A program made the translations under genes and the position numbers. Below, in pieces: positions 36,648-46,088 of a DNA stretch of 64,000 nucleotides. Positions within the stretch are counted from its first letter, which is position 1. The number at the start of each line of letters is the position of its first letter. The DNA comes from a virus (lineage: Duplodnaviria > Caudoviricetes). The stretch lies in IMG/VR virus record IMGVR_UViG_3300045747_000505; one strand, 5' to 3'. The notes beneath the pieces are model-generated. The model saw only the letters and a list, made by a program, of their open reading frames with translations, ran no database searches and was not told the DNA's origin.

Positions 36648-36802
36648 ACGCGAAGCAGCTAGCGAAGGTCGCGTGGTTCGTCCATCGAACGGGCTGTGAT
36701 GCCGCCGAGGCTGAGAAGTTCCTGAAGGAGGCGAAGTTCAGAATCGACGAAGCCATCAAGCTTCGGCGCGACCACTGGCAGCGAGTGTACAGTAAATCGT
36801 AA
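36644..36802 (+). CDS. 52-aa UBA/EF-Ts-N-like three-helix miniprotein (not in ORF track)
   Basis: GTGA coupling; MNAKQLAKVAWFVHRTGCDAAEAEKFLKEAKFRIDEAIKLRR. Confidence 0.5.
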   Translation: MNAKQLAKVAWFVHRTGCDAAEAEKFLKEAKFRIDEAIKLRRDHWQRVYSKS

Positions 36803-36873
36803 CGCCGCTCAGTCGTTACACTCTGAACCCGCAGGCTGGTGTATAATGACTCAACGTCAACAAGGACACCACC

Positions 36874-37116
36874 ATGAAGTCTGCCACCAAAGTCGCCCTG
36901 TTTGCCTACCTTGAAGCCCTCAAGGCCGAAGGCTTCACGCACATTCATGCTGGTAGCGTCATCCCAATGCGCGCCGGACAAGCTGCCGTCGAAGCCAGGT
37001 GGACGCAATTCCCGCTGATCGGCGAGACCGAGCTGCCCGAAGGCATCTTCTACGATCGCCTGAGCGGCTGGTTCTTCTTCGATGAAGTCATGTACCTCAA
37101 GGTTCAAGTTCGCTAA
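36874..37116 (+). CDS. hypothetical protein
   Basis: After promoter at 36842, AAGGA RBS. Confidence 0.65.
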   Translation: MKSATKVALFAYLEALKAEGFTHIHAGSVIPMRAGQAAVEARWTQFPLIGETELPEGIFYDRLSGWFFFDEVMYLKVQVR

Positions 37117-37126
37117 GGAGCCGCCC

Positions 37127-37348
37127 ATGGCAATCACGAGCATGACCATTCGCGGTCTCGTTGATGAGGACGGCGACACCGTTATTCGCAACGTTGACGC
37201 CGCGACGCTGGTCCACTTTCTCAGCTACACTTGCAGCGAGGTGGCGGCGATGAGCTCAACCGAGTTCTTCTTCGCTGCTCTCAACTATCTCGAGATGTAT
37301 ACAAGCATCGCTGACACCGACTCCGCCAAGATCGACACGTGGTACTGA
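37127..37348 (+). CDS. hypothetical protein
   Basis: AAGGAG RBS. Confidence 0.6.
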   Translation: MAITSMTIRGLVDEDGDTVIRNVDAATLVHFLSYTCSEVAAMSSTEFFFAALNYLEMYTSIADTDSAKIDTWY

Positions 37349-37416
37349 ACCTCGATAAACCCACTTCACATCGGCTCATTGTGTGGTAGAATGATCTTCT
37401 CTACACGAAGGAGCCC

Positions 37417-37587
37417 ATGATGAGTAAGAAGCGATTGAAGGCCTGGGCCAATGGCGAGATCGATCTCGAGGACATGACCACTAAGGAGATCAAGTACGTA
37501 CTCGAGCTGGTCTTCACGAAGGTGACCGAAATCAAGTTCGCTCGCCCTGGTGTTGTCGTCTACGGTCAGCACTCGACGGTGCAGTAA
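37417..37587 (+). CDS. hypothetical protein (not in ORF track)
   Basis: AAGGAG RBS, TAATG coupling to next gene. Confidence 0.6.
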   Translation: MMSKKRLKAWANGEIDLEDMTTKEIKYVLELVFTKVTEIKFARPGVVVYGQHSTVQ

Positions 37588-37904
37588 TGGCCCACACGCT
37601 CGAGGAATACGAGGCCCAAAAGGGCTGGTCAAGCGAGTTGTTCGCTGACCACGCTGGTCAGCTGATGCGCGAGCTCATTGACCTTGGCGTGCGCGTCACC
37701 ATTCATCGCACGGTCATTCACCTGCGTGGCAAGACCGGCTCGATCAAGGCCTACGTTCATCACAACGGCCGCTCACCCGAGTGGGCAACGCTGACGAATT
37801 GGCGTGGCGAGGAGCTCGGCTCCTTTCACCACACCGACTTTGATCAATTGGCTGCTTCGGTGAAGTGTGCCATTCTGGAGAGTAAATACTGGGTTACAGT
37901 TTGA
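37587..37904 (+). CDS. hypothetical protein
   Basis: Coupled ORF. Confidence 0.6.
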   Translation: MAHTLEEYEAQKGWSSELFADHAGQLMRELIDLGVRVTIHRTVIHLRGKTGSIKAYVHHNGRSPEWATLTNWRGEELGSFHHTDFDQLAASVKCAILESKYWVTV

Positions 37905-37967
37905 AGTGTAACATCGCCCCCTCGTTACACCTGAACTCTGTACAGTGGAGTACAATGAGCACCTGAT

Positions 37968-38252
37968 TTGGAAGGGACTTTGAAAGTGAAGATTGTCTAC
38001 GAACCGCTGCCCGCCGGCATCAAAGCTCACAAGTTCTATCCGGGCGAGCGCTGCGTCCTCATCGACGACAAGCACCTCGCGGTTTGGGTCGACAATCAAC
38101 TCATTCAAGCCGACCGTCCACTCCCGCAAAACAGCGGCTACCTGCGCGTCACCAACGAGCCGTTGCCCTCCATCCTCTACGCCCACCACACTCAAATTGC
38201 CCACATCGCTCGCGAACGCATCACCCTGCCGTTCGCACTAAAGGAGTTCTGA
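37968..38252 (+). CDS. hypothetical protein
   Basis: After promoter at 37951; TGATG coupling; start uncertain. Confidence 0.55.
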   Translation: MEGTLKVKIVYEPLPAGIKAHKFYPGERCVLIDDKHLAVWVDNQLIQADRPLPQNSGYLRVTNEPLPSILYAHHTQIAHIARERITLPFALKEF

Positions 38253-39298
38253 TGAAAGACGTTCTGTTTCAAGTGACCTACGGGTCGCGCCTCTACGGCA
38301 CCAACACGCCCACCTCGGACACCGACCTCAAGTCCGTGTTTCTGCCAGCCATAGACGACCTGCTGCTCGGGCGCAAGCTCGGCACCTCCAAGACGCGCGT
38401 GCACAGCGACGGGTCGCCAGTGCCCGACAAGAGCTCGATGCCTGACAACGGCGTGGAGCACGAGTACTTCCCGCTTCAGACCTTCGTGCGCGACTTCGTG
38501 CAGGGTCAGACGTACGCGCTCGAGATGGCGTGGGCGGTCCTCGCCAACGGGCCGGATGGCCACACTCTTCAAGCGGCTCGTGAGCACGAGCTGATGGTCG
38601 AGCTGGTCGAGAAGTTCGGCAACTGCTCGGTGTACTCGATGGTCAGCTTCGCGATGAAGCAGACGTTCGACTACGTGAAGCGCGGTGAACGGCTGGAGCA
38701 GGCTCGTGAGCTGCTCGACGTGCTGAACGTCTGCATGGAGATGTTCGACTGTCTCGACGCAATGGACCCAGGCAGCTATCTGAACCCGCGCCTCGACACC
38801 GTGCTGCCCGACGGCGAAAAGCTCCTTCACAAGCTGTCTCGTGAAACCAACCTCGAGCTCGGCACCAGCGTGAACAACAACCGCGCCTTCGAGACGCTGA
38901 AGCTCAACGGCCGTGAGTACCTCGAGACTACGGCGGTGTCACACCTCGTGCTCGCCGTGCAGAAGCTGGTCAGCGAGTACGGTGAGCGCACCAATCGCGC
39001 TGCGAAGGAAGTTGTCGACTACAAGTCGCTGAGCCACGCGGTGCGCGTCTATGAGCAGGCTCTCGAGCTGCTGGACACCGGCCGACTGACGTTCCCACGT
39101 CCGAACGCCGACTACCTGCGCTCAGTGAAGCAGGGTCTCGTGCCGCTCGAAGAGGTGAAGGCTCGACTGCTCGAGCTGGACGAGGAAGTCCTCGCCAAGC
39201 AAGAGAGCTCTACTCAACGTCGCAAGACGCCAGAGCTGGTCGAGGCATCGGAAGAATGGTTGCTGACGAAGCTCCGCCAGCTGTACCTTCTTGACTGA
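38252..39298 (+). CDS. Pol-beta-superfamily nucleotidyltransferase (T4 NrdC.11/RlaP-like)
   Basis: GSRLYGTNTPTSDTDLK; KSLSHAVR...LL.TG...FPRPNA.YL..VKQG. Confidence 0.88.
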   Translation: MKDVLFQVTYGSRLYGTNTPTSDTDLKSVFLPAIDDLLLGRKLGTSKTRVHSDGSPVPDKSSMPDNGVEHEYFPLQTFVRDFVQGQTYALEMAWAVLANGPDGHTLQAAREHELMVELVEKFGNCSVYSMVSFAMKQTFDYVKRGERLEQARELLDVLNVCMEMFDCLDAMDPGSYLNPRLDTVLPDGEKLLHKLSRETNLELGTSVNNNRAFETLKLNGREYLETTAVSHLVLAVQKLVSEYGERTNRAAKEVVDYKSLSHAVRVYEQALELLDTGRLTFPRPNADYLRSVKQGLVPLEEVKARLLELDEEVLAKQESSTQRRKTPELVEASEEWLLTKLRQLYLLD

Positions 39299-39764
39299 TC
39301 GCCTGTTGTAGCAAGTCGAGGGCCTTACGGTCCTCGCTTGACCGCTTCAGTCGAATCTCCGTTCCGGCTGGAATCAAATTGACTCGGCGGCGTCGAACTT
39401 TCGGCGCCGCTTCGAGGGCATAGTTGAAGTTATTGCCGATGAGGCGCGTGACGTGCGCCAGCTCAAATGTCTTGTAGATTCGATTCGTCATCGGCGTAAT
39501 ACCGAGACGACTGAATTCAAAGCTCAGCGGATATTGACCTGACCCACGGTAGAACCATTGCGTGACGACCGAGAGGATTTGTCGAACGTCAAGGCGCTCT
39601 TGCTGAGCGAAATCAAGAACGTATGCACCAATCTCCTCCTCGGAGATATTGTCGATCACGACGAGATAGTTCTCTCGCCGATACTCAAGCACTGATAGGT
39701 AGTAGAGATTGCCGCTGTCGCTGGCGAACTCCACAATGAGTGAGGGCACTCTCTTCTTCGCCAT
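39210..39764 (-). CDS. conserved hypothetical protein (only convincing minus-strand gene)
   Basis: Minus-strand ATAAATA at 39791-39797 and AGGAG RBS precede ATG; protein-like composition. Confidence 0.7.
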   Translation of the reverse strand: MAKKRVPSLIVEFASDSGNLYYLSVLEYRRENYLVVIDNISEEEIGAYVLDFAQQERLDVRQILSVVTQWFYRGSGQYPLSFEFSRLGITPMTNRIYKTFELAHVTRLIGNNFNYALEAAPKVRRRRVNLIPAGTEIRLKRSSEDRKALDLLQQAISQEGTAGGASSATILPMPRPALASCDVE

Positions 39765-39790
39765 ACTGGCTCCTACTGATTTGTGTCTCC

Positions 39791-39797
39791 TATTTAT
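39791..39797 (-). promoter_or_regulatory. late-type promoter ATAAATA on minus strand
   Basis: TATTTAT on + strand, 27 nt upstream of ATG of 39210..39764. Confidence 0.65.
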
Positions 39798-39917
39798 TGG
39801 TTCGGGACCGCCCTCTTTCAGGACGAGGGCGTTACAGGTTCAGGGGCGTTACACTTGACCGATGTACAAACCCTAGGTTCGCATTATAATGACTTCATCG
39901 TCAACTGGAGATCAACC

Positions 39918-40250
39918 ATGTCTACCGTCACCCTGAACAGCCTGATGTCCCAGATCAAGACCCTCTCGATCGCCGACCAGCGCGCTCTGAACAAGCTGCT
40001 CTGCGCGAATCTGAAGGCCGCCATGAAGGTCGCCGCAGTTGGCAAAGCCATCACGTTCGACATCGGCGACAAGGTCGTGTTCGACGCCAAGACCCGTGGC
40101 ATCATCAACGCCGAGATCATCGGCTTCAGCCGTGACCTGTCCAAGATCAAGTGCAAGCAGATTGGTGGCCTCCGCCCCGGCTGCCTGTGGACCGTCACCG
40201 CCAACCTCGTGACGACCGCCAAGGCTCTCACAGCCGCTCTGCCGAAGTGA
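39918..40250 (+). CDS. hypothetical protein
   Basis: GGAG RBS after promoter at 39885. Confidence 0.7.
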   Translation: MSTVTLNSLMSQIKTLSIADQRALNKLLCANLKAAMKVAAVGKAITFDIGDKVVFDAKTRGIINAEIIGFSRDLSKIKCKQIGGLRPGCLWTVTANLVTTAKALTAALPK

Positions 40251-40257
40251 GGAAACC

Positions 40258-40425
40258 GTGAGCCTCCGCAAAGCCATCTCCAACTGGTTTCTCGCCTCGT
40301 GGTGGTTCGTGCCACCGACGCAGCCGGTCTACGTGCCACCGCCGAAGCCGAACCTGACCGTGACACGTCACACTCGGCCTCGCTGCCCGACCGGTCCAGC
40401 CCGAGGCGTCTACATTCAGCGCTGA
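40258..40425 (+). CDS. small Pro-rich hypothetical protein (not in ORF track)
   Basis: GAGG RBS, GTG start. Confidence 0.4.
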   Translation: MSLRKAISNWFLASWWFVPPTQPVYVPPPKPNLTVTRHTRPRCPTGPARGVYIQR

Positions 40426-40535
40426 TCGTTACAGACCCTGAAAATTGTTACACCTCAGGGTCAACACTTCGTCCTAAAAAGGGATATAGTAACACTTGTC
40501 GAAAGACTTGTTCCACAACCTCACCGGAGTTCATC

Positions 40536-42116
40536 ATGTCAGTCAATCGCTTCGCTCGCCTTTCCCTCGTCGCCTCGGCCGTTTGCGTCCTGGCCGCGTG
40601 TGGTGGTGGCGGTGACGGTGGCTCGACGAGTTCCTCACCCGCTCCTGTCGGCAACGCCCCTGTGTCCAACGCGCCGGTCGTCGATAGTCCCGTGTCCAAC
40701 CCGCCTGTTGTCGCTGGCCCCACCCTCTTCAAGCTTCGTCTCAACGGCGTCGCCTTCACCAGCCGCGACACCCTCGTCAAGACCACCAGCGCCCCCACGG
40801 TAGCCGCCGCCAGCACCCGCGCCCACGCCATGGGCGTCGACAAGGACCTGCCCGAGCTGGAAGGTGCCGAACACGACTTCACGAACACCGTTCGCGAAGG
40901 TCTGCTCTCTGGCCTTGGAACTTCGCTCGTCGACGTCGACGGCAAGGAAGTTCCGTGCAAGCTGAGCAAGGCCAACATCGAGGTCACCAACCTCTTCACG
41001 ATGAACTACGCCACGGGCGACATGATCGCCACGATTCTGGCGCCGAGTCAGGTCAATCTGATCACTCGCAACGAAGTCACCAAGTGCCACGTCTCCTACG
41101 AGCAGCACGACTACGTCATCACTGGCGCTGGCAAGGTCATCAAGGCCGACGAGCTCCGAATCTACGACATCAAGGATGTGCTGGCCGCTCACGACGACGC
41201 CTTCAACACCTCCGGCTCCGCCGTGCTGTACTACAACGACTTCATGTACCGCACGCTCGAGGTCACGGCCGACACCGCTCAACTCGTCGATCTGACCCAA
41301 GCCAACGCTCCGATCCTCACCGAGCGTGGCCGAGTCGTCTACGACGGCACGTACCTCATCGGTCAAGCTGCCTTCATCGAAGGCAAGTTCTACCCGCGCG
41401 ACGACACGACTCACGGCTCGCTCATCGTCTACCAACGCAACTCCGCCAAGTTCGGCATCATCTGGGCCAACACCAGCCGCCACTACGGCCTCTTCATCGG
41501 CACCGATGGCAAGACCTATCTGAACGAAGGCCGCACCGGCTCTGGTGATGGTCCCGAGTTCGACGGCATGCACACGCTGGACCCAGCCGGTCTGATGGCT
41601 GGAACCTCCAACGGTCGTGGCCCGGTCTTCATGCCGCCTGAGCTGACGATGCCCGACGGTGGCTGGGACTACACCAGCGAGGTCGCGCTGCTGCCCGAGG
41701 TTGCTCCCGGCCCCATCGGTGGTCGAGTTGGTGAGTGGGTCATCGGCAACAACTGCCAACCGTGGAACATGCGCACTGGCCAGACCGCGAAGGTGATGAC
41801 TCAGCCCACTTGGACTCAGCCGAACTACGCTCGCGTCATCGACGGCAAGCTGCTCTGCGTCTCGAACGGCAGCAACGAGTTCGTTCAGCATGACCTGATC
41901 ACGAACCAAGCCTCGAAGATCAATCTGGGCGACAAGGGCTACATGGTCGGCAAGTACAAGATGTACGCTGACCGTGCGATGGTCGAGGTCCTCGACACGC
42001 AAACCGCCGACCGCAAGTACGTCAACGTCGACTTCAGGACCGGCACCGTCAAGAACCTCGGTGTGATCAGCGGCGATTCACGCAAGGTCGTCGACCTCCT
42101 CTCTGCTGGCAACTGA
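40536..42116 (+). CDS. lipoprotein, beta-rich (possible beta-propeller)
   Basis: Lipobox LAAC-GGGG then Ser/Pro linker; own promoter and GGAG RBS. Confidence 0.8.
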   Translation: MSVNRFARLSLVASAVCVLAACGGGGDGGSTSSSPAPVGNAPVSNAPVVDSPVSNPPVVAGPTLFKLRLNGVAFTSRDTLVKTTSAPTVAAASTRAHAMGVDKDLPELEGAEHDFTNTVREGLLSGLGTSLVDVDGKEVPCKLSKANIEVTNLFTMNYATGDMIATILAPSQVNLITRNEVTKCHVSYEQHDYVITGAGKVIKADELRIYDIKDVLAAHDDAFNTSGSAVLYYNDFMYRTLEVTADTAQLVDLTQANAPILTERGRVVYDGTYLIGQAAFIEGKFYPRDDTTHGSLIVYQRNSAKFGIIWANTSRHYGLFIGTDGKTYLNEGRTGSGDGPEFDGMHTLDPAGLMAGTSNGRGPVFMPPELTMPDGGWDYTSEVALLPEVAPGPIGGRVGEWVIGNNCQPWNMRTGQTAKVMTQPTWTQPNYARVIDGKLLCVSNGSNEFVQHDLITNQASKINLGDKGYMVGKYKMYADRAMVEVLDTQTADRKYVNVDFRTGTVKNLGVISGDSRKVVDLLSAGN

Positions 42117-42237
42117 CCATCGTAAGGTGTAACAGAGACGAAAAACTGTTACACCTTCGAACCAACAGCTGAACCAAAAAGAGGATATAGTAACACTTGT
42201 CGAAAGGCTCGTCTCAACAACCTCACCGGAGCTCACC

Positions 42238-42975
42238 ATGTCTGCCACCCTTCGCCTTGCCATTGTCGCCTCAGCCGTTCTCGCCCTGTCCGCTTGCGGA
42301 GGTGGCGGCAGCGGTTCGACGGCTTCTTCAGCCCCCACAGTCGTGGCGCTGAGCGACGTCACTGGCGTCTACACCAGCGGCGATGACACGGTCATCCTCG
42401 CGTCCGACAACACCTACTGGAGCGTTGGCCAAGTGGTTGACACCGGCGGCTTCTCCGTGGATGCTGCCGGTCGCTTCGAGAGCTGGAACTACAACGTTGG
42501 TGATGGTAGCTGGCAACCAGCCGGCACGGTCAGCGCCAGCGGTCTGACGTACACCAAGAGCGGTGAATCCTTCACTCGCGTTCCGAGCAACAGCGCCGTG
42601 TCTGGCGCCATCGGCAACCTTGTCCCGGCAACATACCCGCTGACCGGCGCGATGTTCAACTCGGCCGTCGTCGACACTGGAGCGGTCTATCTGGTTGTGG
42701 CCGGTAACGACTTCATTCACGGCAACATGGGTGGCTGTGGCTTCACCGGCACCGTGAAGAACACTGGCCGTGGCTACTCCAGCGTCGTCATCAAGATGGC
42801 TGGTGTTGATCTGAACAATCCCGATGCTTGCATCTTCCCGAGCGCACGGTTCGAGGGAGTTGCCTCCTTCAACATCACGACCGGCAAGTTCACCTTCATC
42901 ACGCGGAACCTGTCTGCCCCGAACGCCATCTTCTTCGCCGAAACCCCCAAGGGTCCAGTCGACCCGACCCTGTAA
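42238..42975 (+). CDS. lipoprotein
   Basis: Lipobox LSAC-GGGG; upstream region near-identical to that of 40536. Confidence 0.8.
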   Translation: MSATLRLAIVASAVLALSACGGGGSGSTASSAPTVVALSDVTGVYTSGDDTVILASDNTYWSVGQVVDTGGFSVDAAGRFESWNYNVGDGSWQPAGTVSASGLTYTKSGESFTRVPSNSAVSGAIGNLVPATYPLTGAMFNSAVVDTGAVYLVVAGNDFIHGNMGGCGFTGTVKNTGRGYSSVVIKMAGVDLNNPDACIFPSARFEGVASFNITTGKFTFITRNLSAPNAIFFAETPKGPVDPTL

Positions 42976-42991
42976 GCCTTCTTCGCCAGGT

Positions 42992-43051
42992 GTAACGATT
43001 TCAGGATCGTTACACCTTTCGGTTGTACGAAATCCCAGGATGATGTATAAT
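42992..43051 (+). promoter_or_regulatory. representative GTAAC-N12-GTTACAC ... TATAAT promoter (family of 12 listed in findings)
   Basis: GTAAC 42992, GTTACAC 43009, TATAAT 43046. Confidence 0.75.
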
Positions 43052-43078
43052 GGACACATCCACTCTTCGAACCTGATC

Positions 43079-44392
43079 ATGACCAACTTCGCACAAGTCA
43101 TTCAAGCCTGCCAGGATGCCAACGGCGCCGGCTCCAAGGCCACCATCGCTGCAACCCTCGCCATGGCGGACAAGGACGCTCGTGACCTGATCATCGCTGC
43201 GATGAACCCTTACGCCACCTACGGCGTCAAGCAGTACGACATGCCGACGACCTGGCAAAAGCCCGGCTACTGTGGCGTTGGCCAGATGTTCGACCTGCTT
43301 CAAGCCCTCGAATCACGCTCGCTGACCGGCGATGCCGCCCGTGCTGCCGTGACCGCCAACCTGGCTCTGTTCGATGAGACGCTCGGCACCATGCTGACGC
43401 GAGTGCTGGACAAGGACCTTCGCGCCGGCTTCAGCGCTTCGACCGCCAACAAGGCCTGGGAGAAGGCTGGCTTCGAGGAGCGCGTTCCCGAGTTCGACGT
43501 GATGCTCGCCGACAAGTGCGAGGACACCGCCGACTTCGAACGGTACGTCACGTTCCCGTGCCAAGCGGACTGGAAGTACGACGGTCAGCGCACCATCTGC
43601 ATCGTCCGTCAAGGTCAGCCGGTCGAGTACCGCTCGCGCCCTGGCCTGATCATGGAACATCTGGCTGGCATCTACGACGCTGACCTGATGAACATTCGGT
43701 ACAACCTCGGCTACGACTTCGTCATGGACGGTGAATCGTTCGCCGGTGACTTCACCGAAACGATGAACGCCAAGAAGTCCGGCAACGACGCCGCCAAGGC
43801 TGCCCTTCGTCTTCGTGCCTTCTTTCTGATGCCGCTCACCGACTGGATGGCTCAGAAGACGACGATCACGATGCGTCAGAACCGTCTCGCCCTCGATTAC
43901 CTGATCACGCACGCAAACTGCAAGCGCATCGAGATCAGCAAGGGTCGCGAGGTCAAGGACTTTCAGGACATGACCGAGTACTGCAACCACGTCATCGACG
44001 TCGAGAAGCAGGAAGGTCTGATTCTGAAGGAGTGGGACGCCGTCTACACGTGGGACCGCTCGTTCGCCTGGACCAAGGTCAAGCGCTTCTACGACGTCGA
44101 TGCTCGCTTCATCTCGTTCTACCCCGGCAAGCCGAAGTCGCGCCTCGCCAACACGGTCGGCGGTGCCAAGTGCGTCGCCTTTCTGGAAAGCGGTGAGCGC
44201 GTCGAGTTCGACGTCGGCTCTGGCTTCAGCGACAAGCAGCGCGACGACATGCGCGACAACCCCGCCAAGTGGCTCGCCGCGACGCACGTCATCAAGTATC
44301 AAGACGTCTCGCGCTCGAAGAACAAGACGGTCGCCTCCCTTCGCTTCTGCACGTACCAACACAGCCGCGACGACAAGCTCGTCGAGATCTGA
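43079..44392 (+). CDS. ATP-dependent DNA ligase
   Basis: DWKYDGQR, DGE, EGLILK, WTKVK, VGSGFSD. Confidence 0.93.
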   Translation: MTNFAQVIQACQDANGAGSKATIAATLAMADKDARDLIIAAMNPYATYGVKQYDMPTTWQKPGYCGVGQMFDLLQALESRSLTGDAARAAVTANLALFDETLGTMLTRVLDKDLRAGFSASTANKAWEKAGFEERVPEFDVMLADKCEDTADFERYVTFPCQADWKYDGQRTICIVRQGQPVEYRSRPGLIMEHLAGIYDADLMNIRYNLGYDFVMDGESFAGDFTETMNAKKSGNDAAKAALRLRAFFLMPLTDWMAQKTTITMRQNRLALDYLITHANCKRIEISKGREVKDFQDMTEYCNHVIDVEKQEGLILKEWDAVYTWDRSFAWTKVKRFYDVDARFISFYPGKPKSRLANTVGGAKCVAFLESGERVEFDVGSGFSDKQRDDMRDNPAKWLAATHVIKYQDVSRSKNKTVASLRFCTYQHSRDDKLVEI

Positions 44393-44412
44393 ACCGTCAA
44401 GGAATCCCCATC

Positions 44413-44574
44413 ATGATCCACTTCCATCGCATCAACAAGCTTCGTCACGAATCGTTTCTCAAGAACGGTCCTGGCAGCTCCGACTGGTCCAAGGACGAGA
44501 AGGTCCTTGCCGGCGTGGCTGCGGTGCTCGTCGCGATTCTGGTTGTCAGCATTCTCGTTCGCTACTTCAGGTAA
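44413..44574 (+). CDS. small membrane protein
   Basis: C-terminal TM. Confidence 0.5.
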   Translation: MIHFHRINKLRHESFLKNGPGSSDWSKDEKVLAGVAAVLVAILVVSILVRYFR

Positions 44575-44580
44575 ATCATC

Positions 44581-44778
44581 ATGAGCTTCAACATTCACTG
44601 GTCTGAAAACGCCGCGTGGTCCATCTGTCTCTCGACAATGTTCCTCGCCATCATGGGTGCCATCGGCGCCATTGCCTGGGGCAGCGCCACCAAGGTGACC
44701 GAGTGCCACAAGGCACAAGCTGCTGCCTTCGCCTCGTCCAACCCCGATGCCCTTACGAAGGTCCCGCTCTGCCCATGA
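44581..44778 (+). CDS. small membrane protein
   Basis: One TM, two Cys. Confidence 0.55.
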   Translation: MSFNIHWSENAAWSICLSTMFLAIMGAIGAIAWGSATKVTECHKAQAAAFASSNPDALTKVPLCP

Positions 44779-45035
44779 CCGACGCCGTCGTCGTCTATGA
44801 CATGATCACGACGCGCGAGCGGGCGTGCATCATGATGCGCAAGCTGGCGCTGAAGAAGCACGCCAAGCTCGGCTTCTCCTACGAGCTGCGTGATCTCGAC
44901 CTCGAGTTCACCGGCAAGTTCTCGCATCCGATCGAGATCGCCGCTGAAAAGGCAGGCGTTCGCGTCGATGGTGAGGTCGTTGGCGGTGGCGATGCAGTGC
45001 GCTTCATTGTGCGTCGGGCGATCGCTCGGGCATAA
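44775..45035 (+). CDS. hypothetical protein
   Basis: ATGA coupling. Confidence 0.55.
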   Translation: MTDAVVVYDMITTRERACIMMRKLALKKHAKLGFSYELRDLDLEFTGKFSHPIEIAAEKAGVRVDGEVVGGGDAVRFIVRRAIARA

Positions 45036-45062
45036 ATACAACGATGAACTACTGGGTGTCCC

Positions 45063-45239
45063 TTGAAGCTGTACGACTTTTCTGCTTACGCTCACCGAAG
45101 AGCGGAGCGCCACGCTGCTGAAGCGGTGGCACGAGTCGTGGCGACCGTCGAGCAGCCCTGCTCAGTCGTCGAGCTCAAGACCAAGGTCAACGAGTGGTTT
45201 CGTCTTCACAACGAGGTGCTTCGTCAAGCACACAACTAA
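45063..45239 (+). CDS. hypothetical protein (not in ORF track)
   Basis: TTG start after ATAAATA 45032; TAATG coupling to next gene. Confidence 0.45.
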   Translation: MKLYDFSAYAHRRAERHAAEAVARVVATVEQPCSVVELKTKVNEWFRLHNEVLRQAHN

Positions 45240-46087
45240 TGCTCATTCGACTTCACTCTGATCTTCACCTCGAAGGTTTCTACGGGCGCGACGCCGAGAC
45301 GCTCGCTCTCGACTTCATTCCACCAGACTTCCGTGATGCTGAAGCGATGCTGGTGCTGGCTGGCGACATCTCGTCGCACGGCCCGCAGGTGCTCGACTTC
45401 ATCGAGGTCTGCCGTCAACGGTTCAAGTACGTGCTGTACATTCCAGGCAACCACGAGTACTACCGGCACAACTACGACACGTACGGCGTGACGCTCGACC
45501 ACGAGCTCATCGCTCGCTACGGCGAGGCCAGCGCTCAAGTGTTCTGGGCGATCAACTGTGTGACGTGCACCGACATCGACGGTGTGCGCTTCGTCTACGG
45601 CACGCTGTGGGGTGATGGTGGTCCGACGATCGCCGACCAAGCCAAGACCGGCTGGTTTCTCAATGACTTCCGCCTCATCAAGCGACGGTTCAGCGATGCC
45701 GACGGTTCGACGCGCGATCGCCTCCTCACCGTGGCTGACATGATCAAGATCTACAAGGAGCACCGCGACACCATCGACACCTTTCTGCGGCTTGAGGATG
45801 GTCCAGAGAAGAGCGTCGTGGTCACTCACCACCTGCCGAGTCGTCGTCTCGTGTCGCCCCGCTTCCGTGAGAAGGACGGCAGCGACGGAGCGAACGGTGG
45901 GTTCGTCGGTGACTGCGAGTTCATTCTCGCCTACGACCACGCGCCGGACCTCTGGCTGCACGGTCACACGCACGACTTCATCGACACAAAGTTGTGGAAT
46001 ACCCGCGTCGTCTGCAACCCAACTGGGTATCGTGGCGAGTGGGACAATGGTCTGTCCGGAACGAATAACTTCTTCATCGAGGTGTAA
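45239..46087 (+). CDS. calcineurin-like metallophosphoesterase
   Basis: SDLH, AGD, GNHEYY, THH, HGHTH. Confidence 0.93.
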   Translation: MLIRLHSDLHLEGFYGRDAETLALDFIPPDFRDAEAMLVLAGDISSHGPQVLDFIEVCRQRFKYVLYIPGNHEYYRHNYDTYGVTLDHELIARYGEASAQVFWAINCVTCTDIDGVRFVYGTLWGDGGPTIADQAKTGWFLNDFRLIKRRFSDADGSTRDRLLTVADMIKIYKEHRDTIDTFLRLEDGPEKSVVVTHHLPSRRLVSPRFREKDGSDGANGGFVGDCEFILAYDHAPDLWLHGHTHDFIDTKLWNTRVVCNPTGYRGEWDNGLSGTNNFFIEV

Positions 46088-46088
46088 T

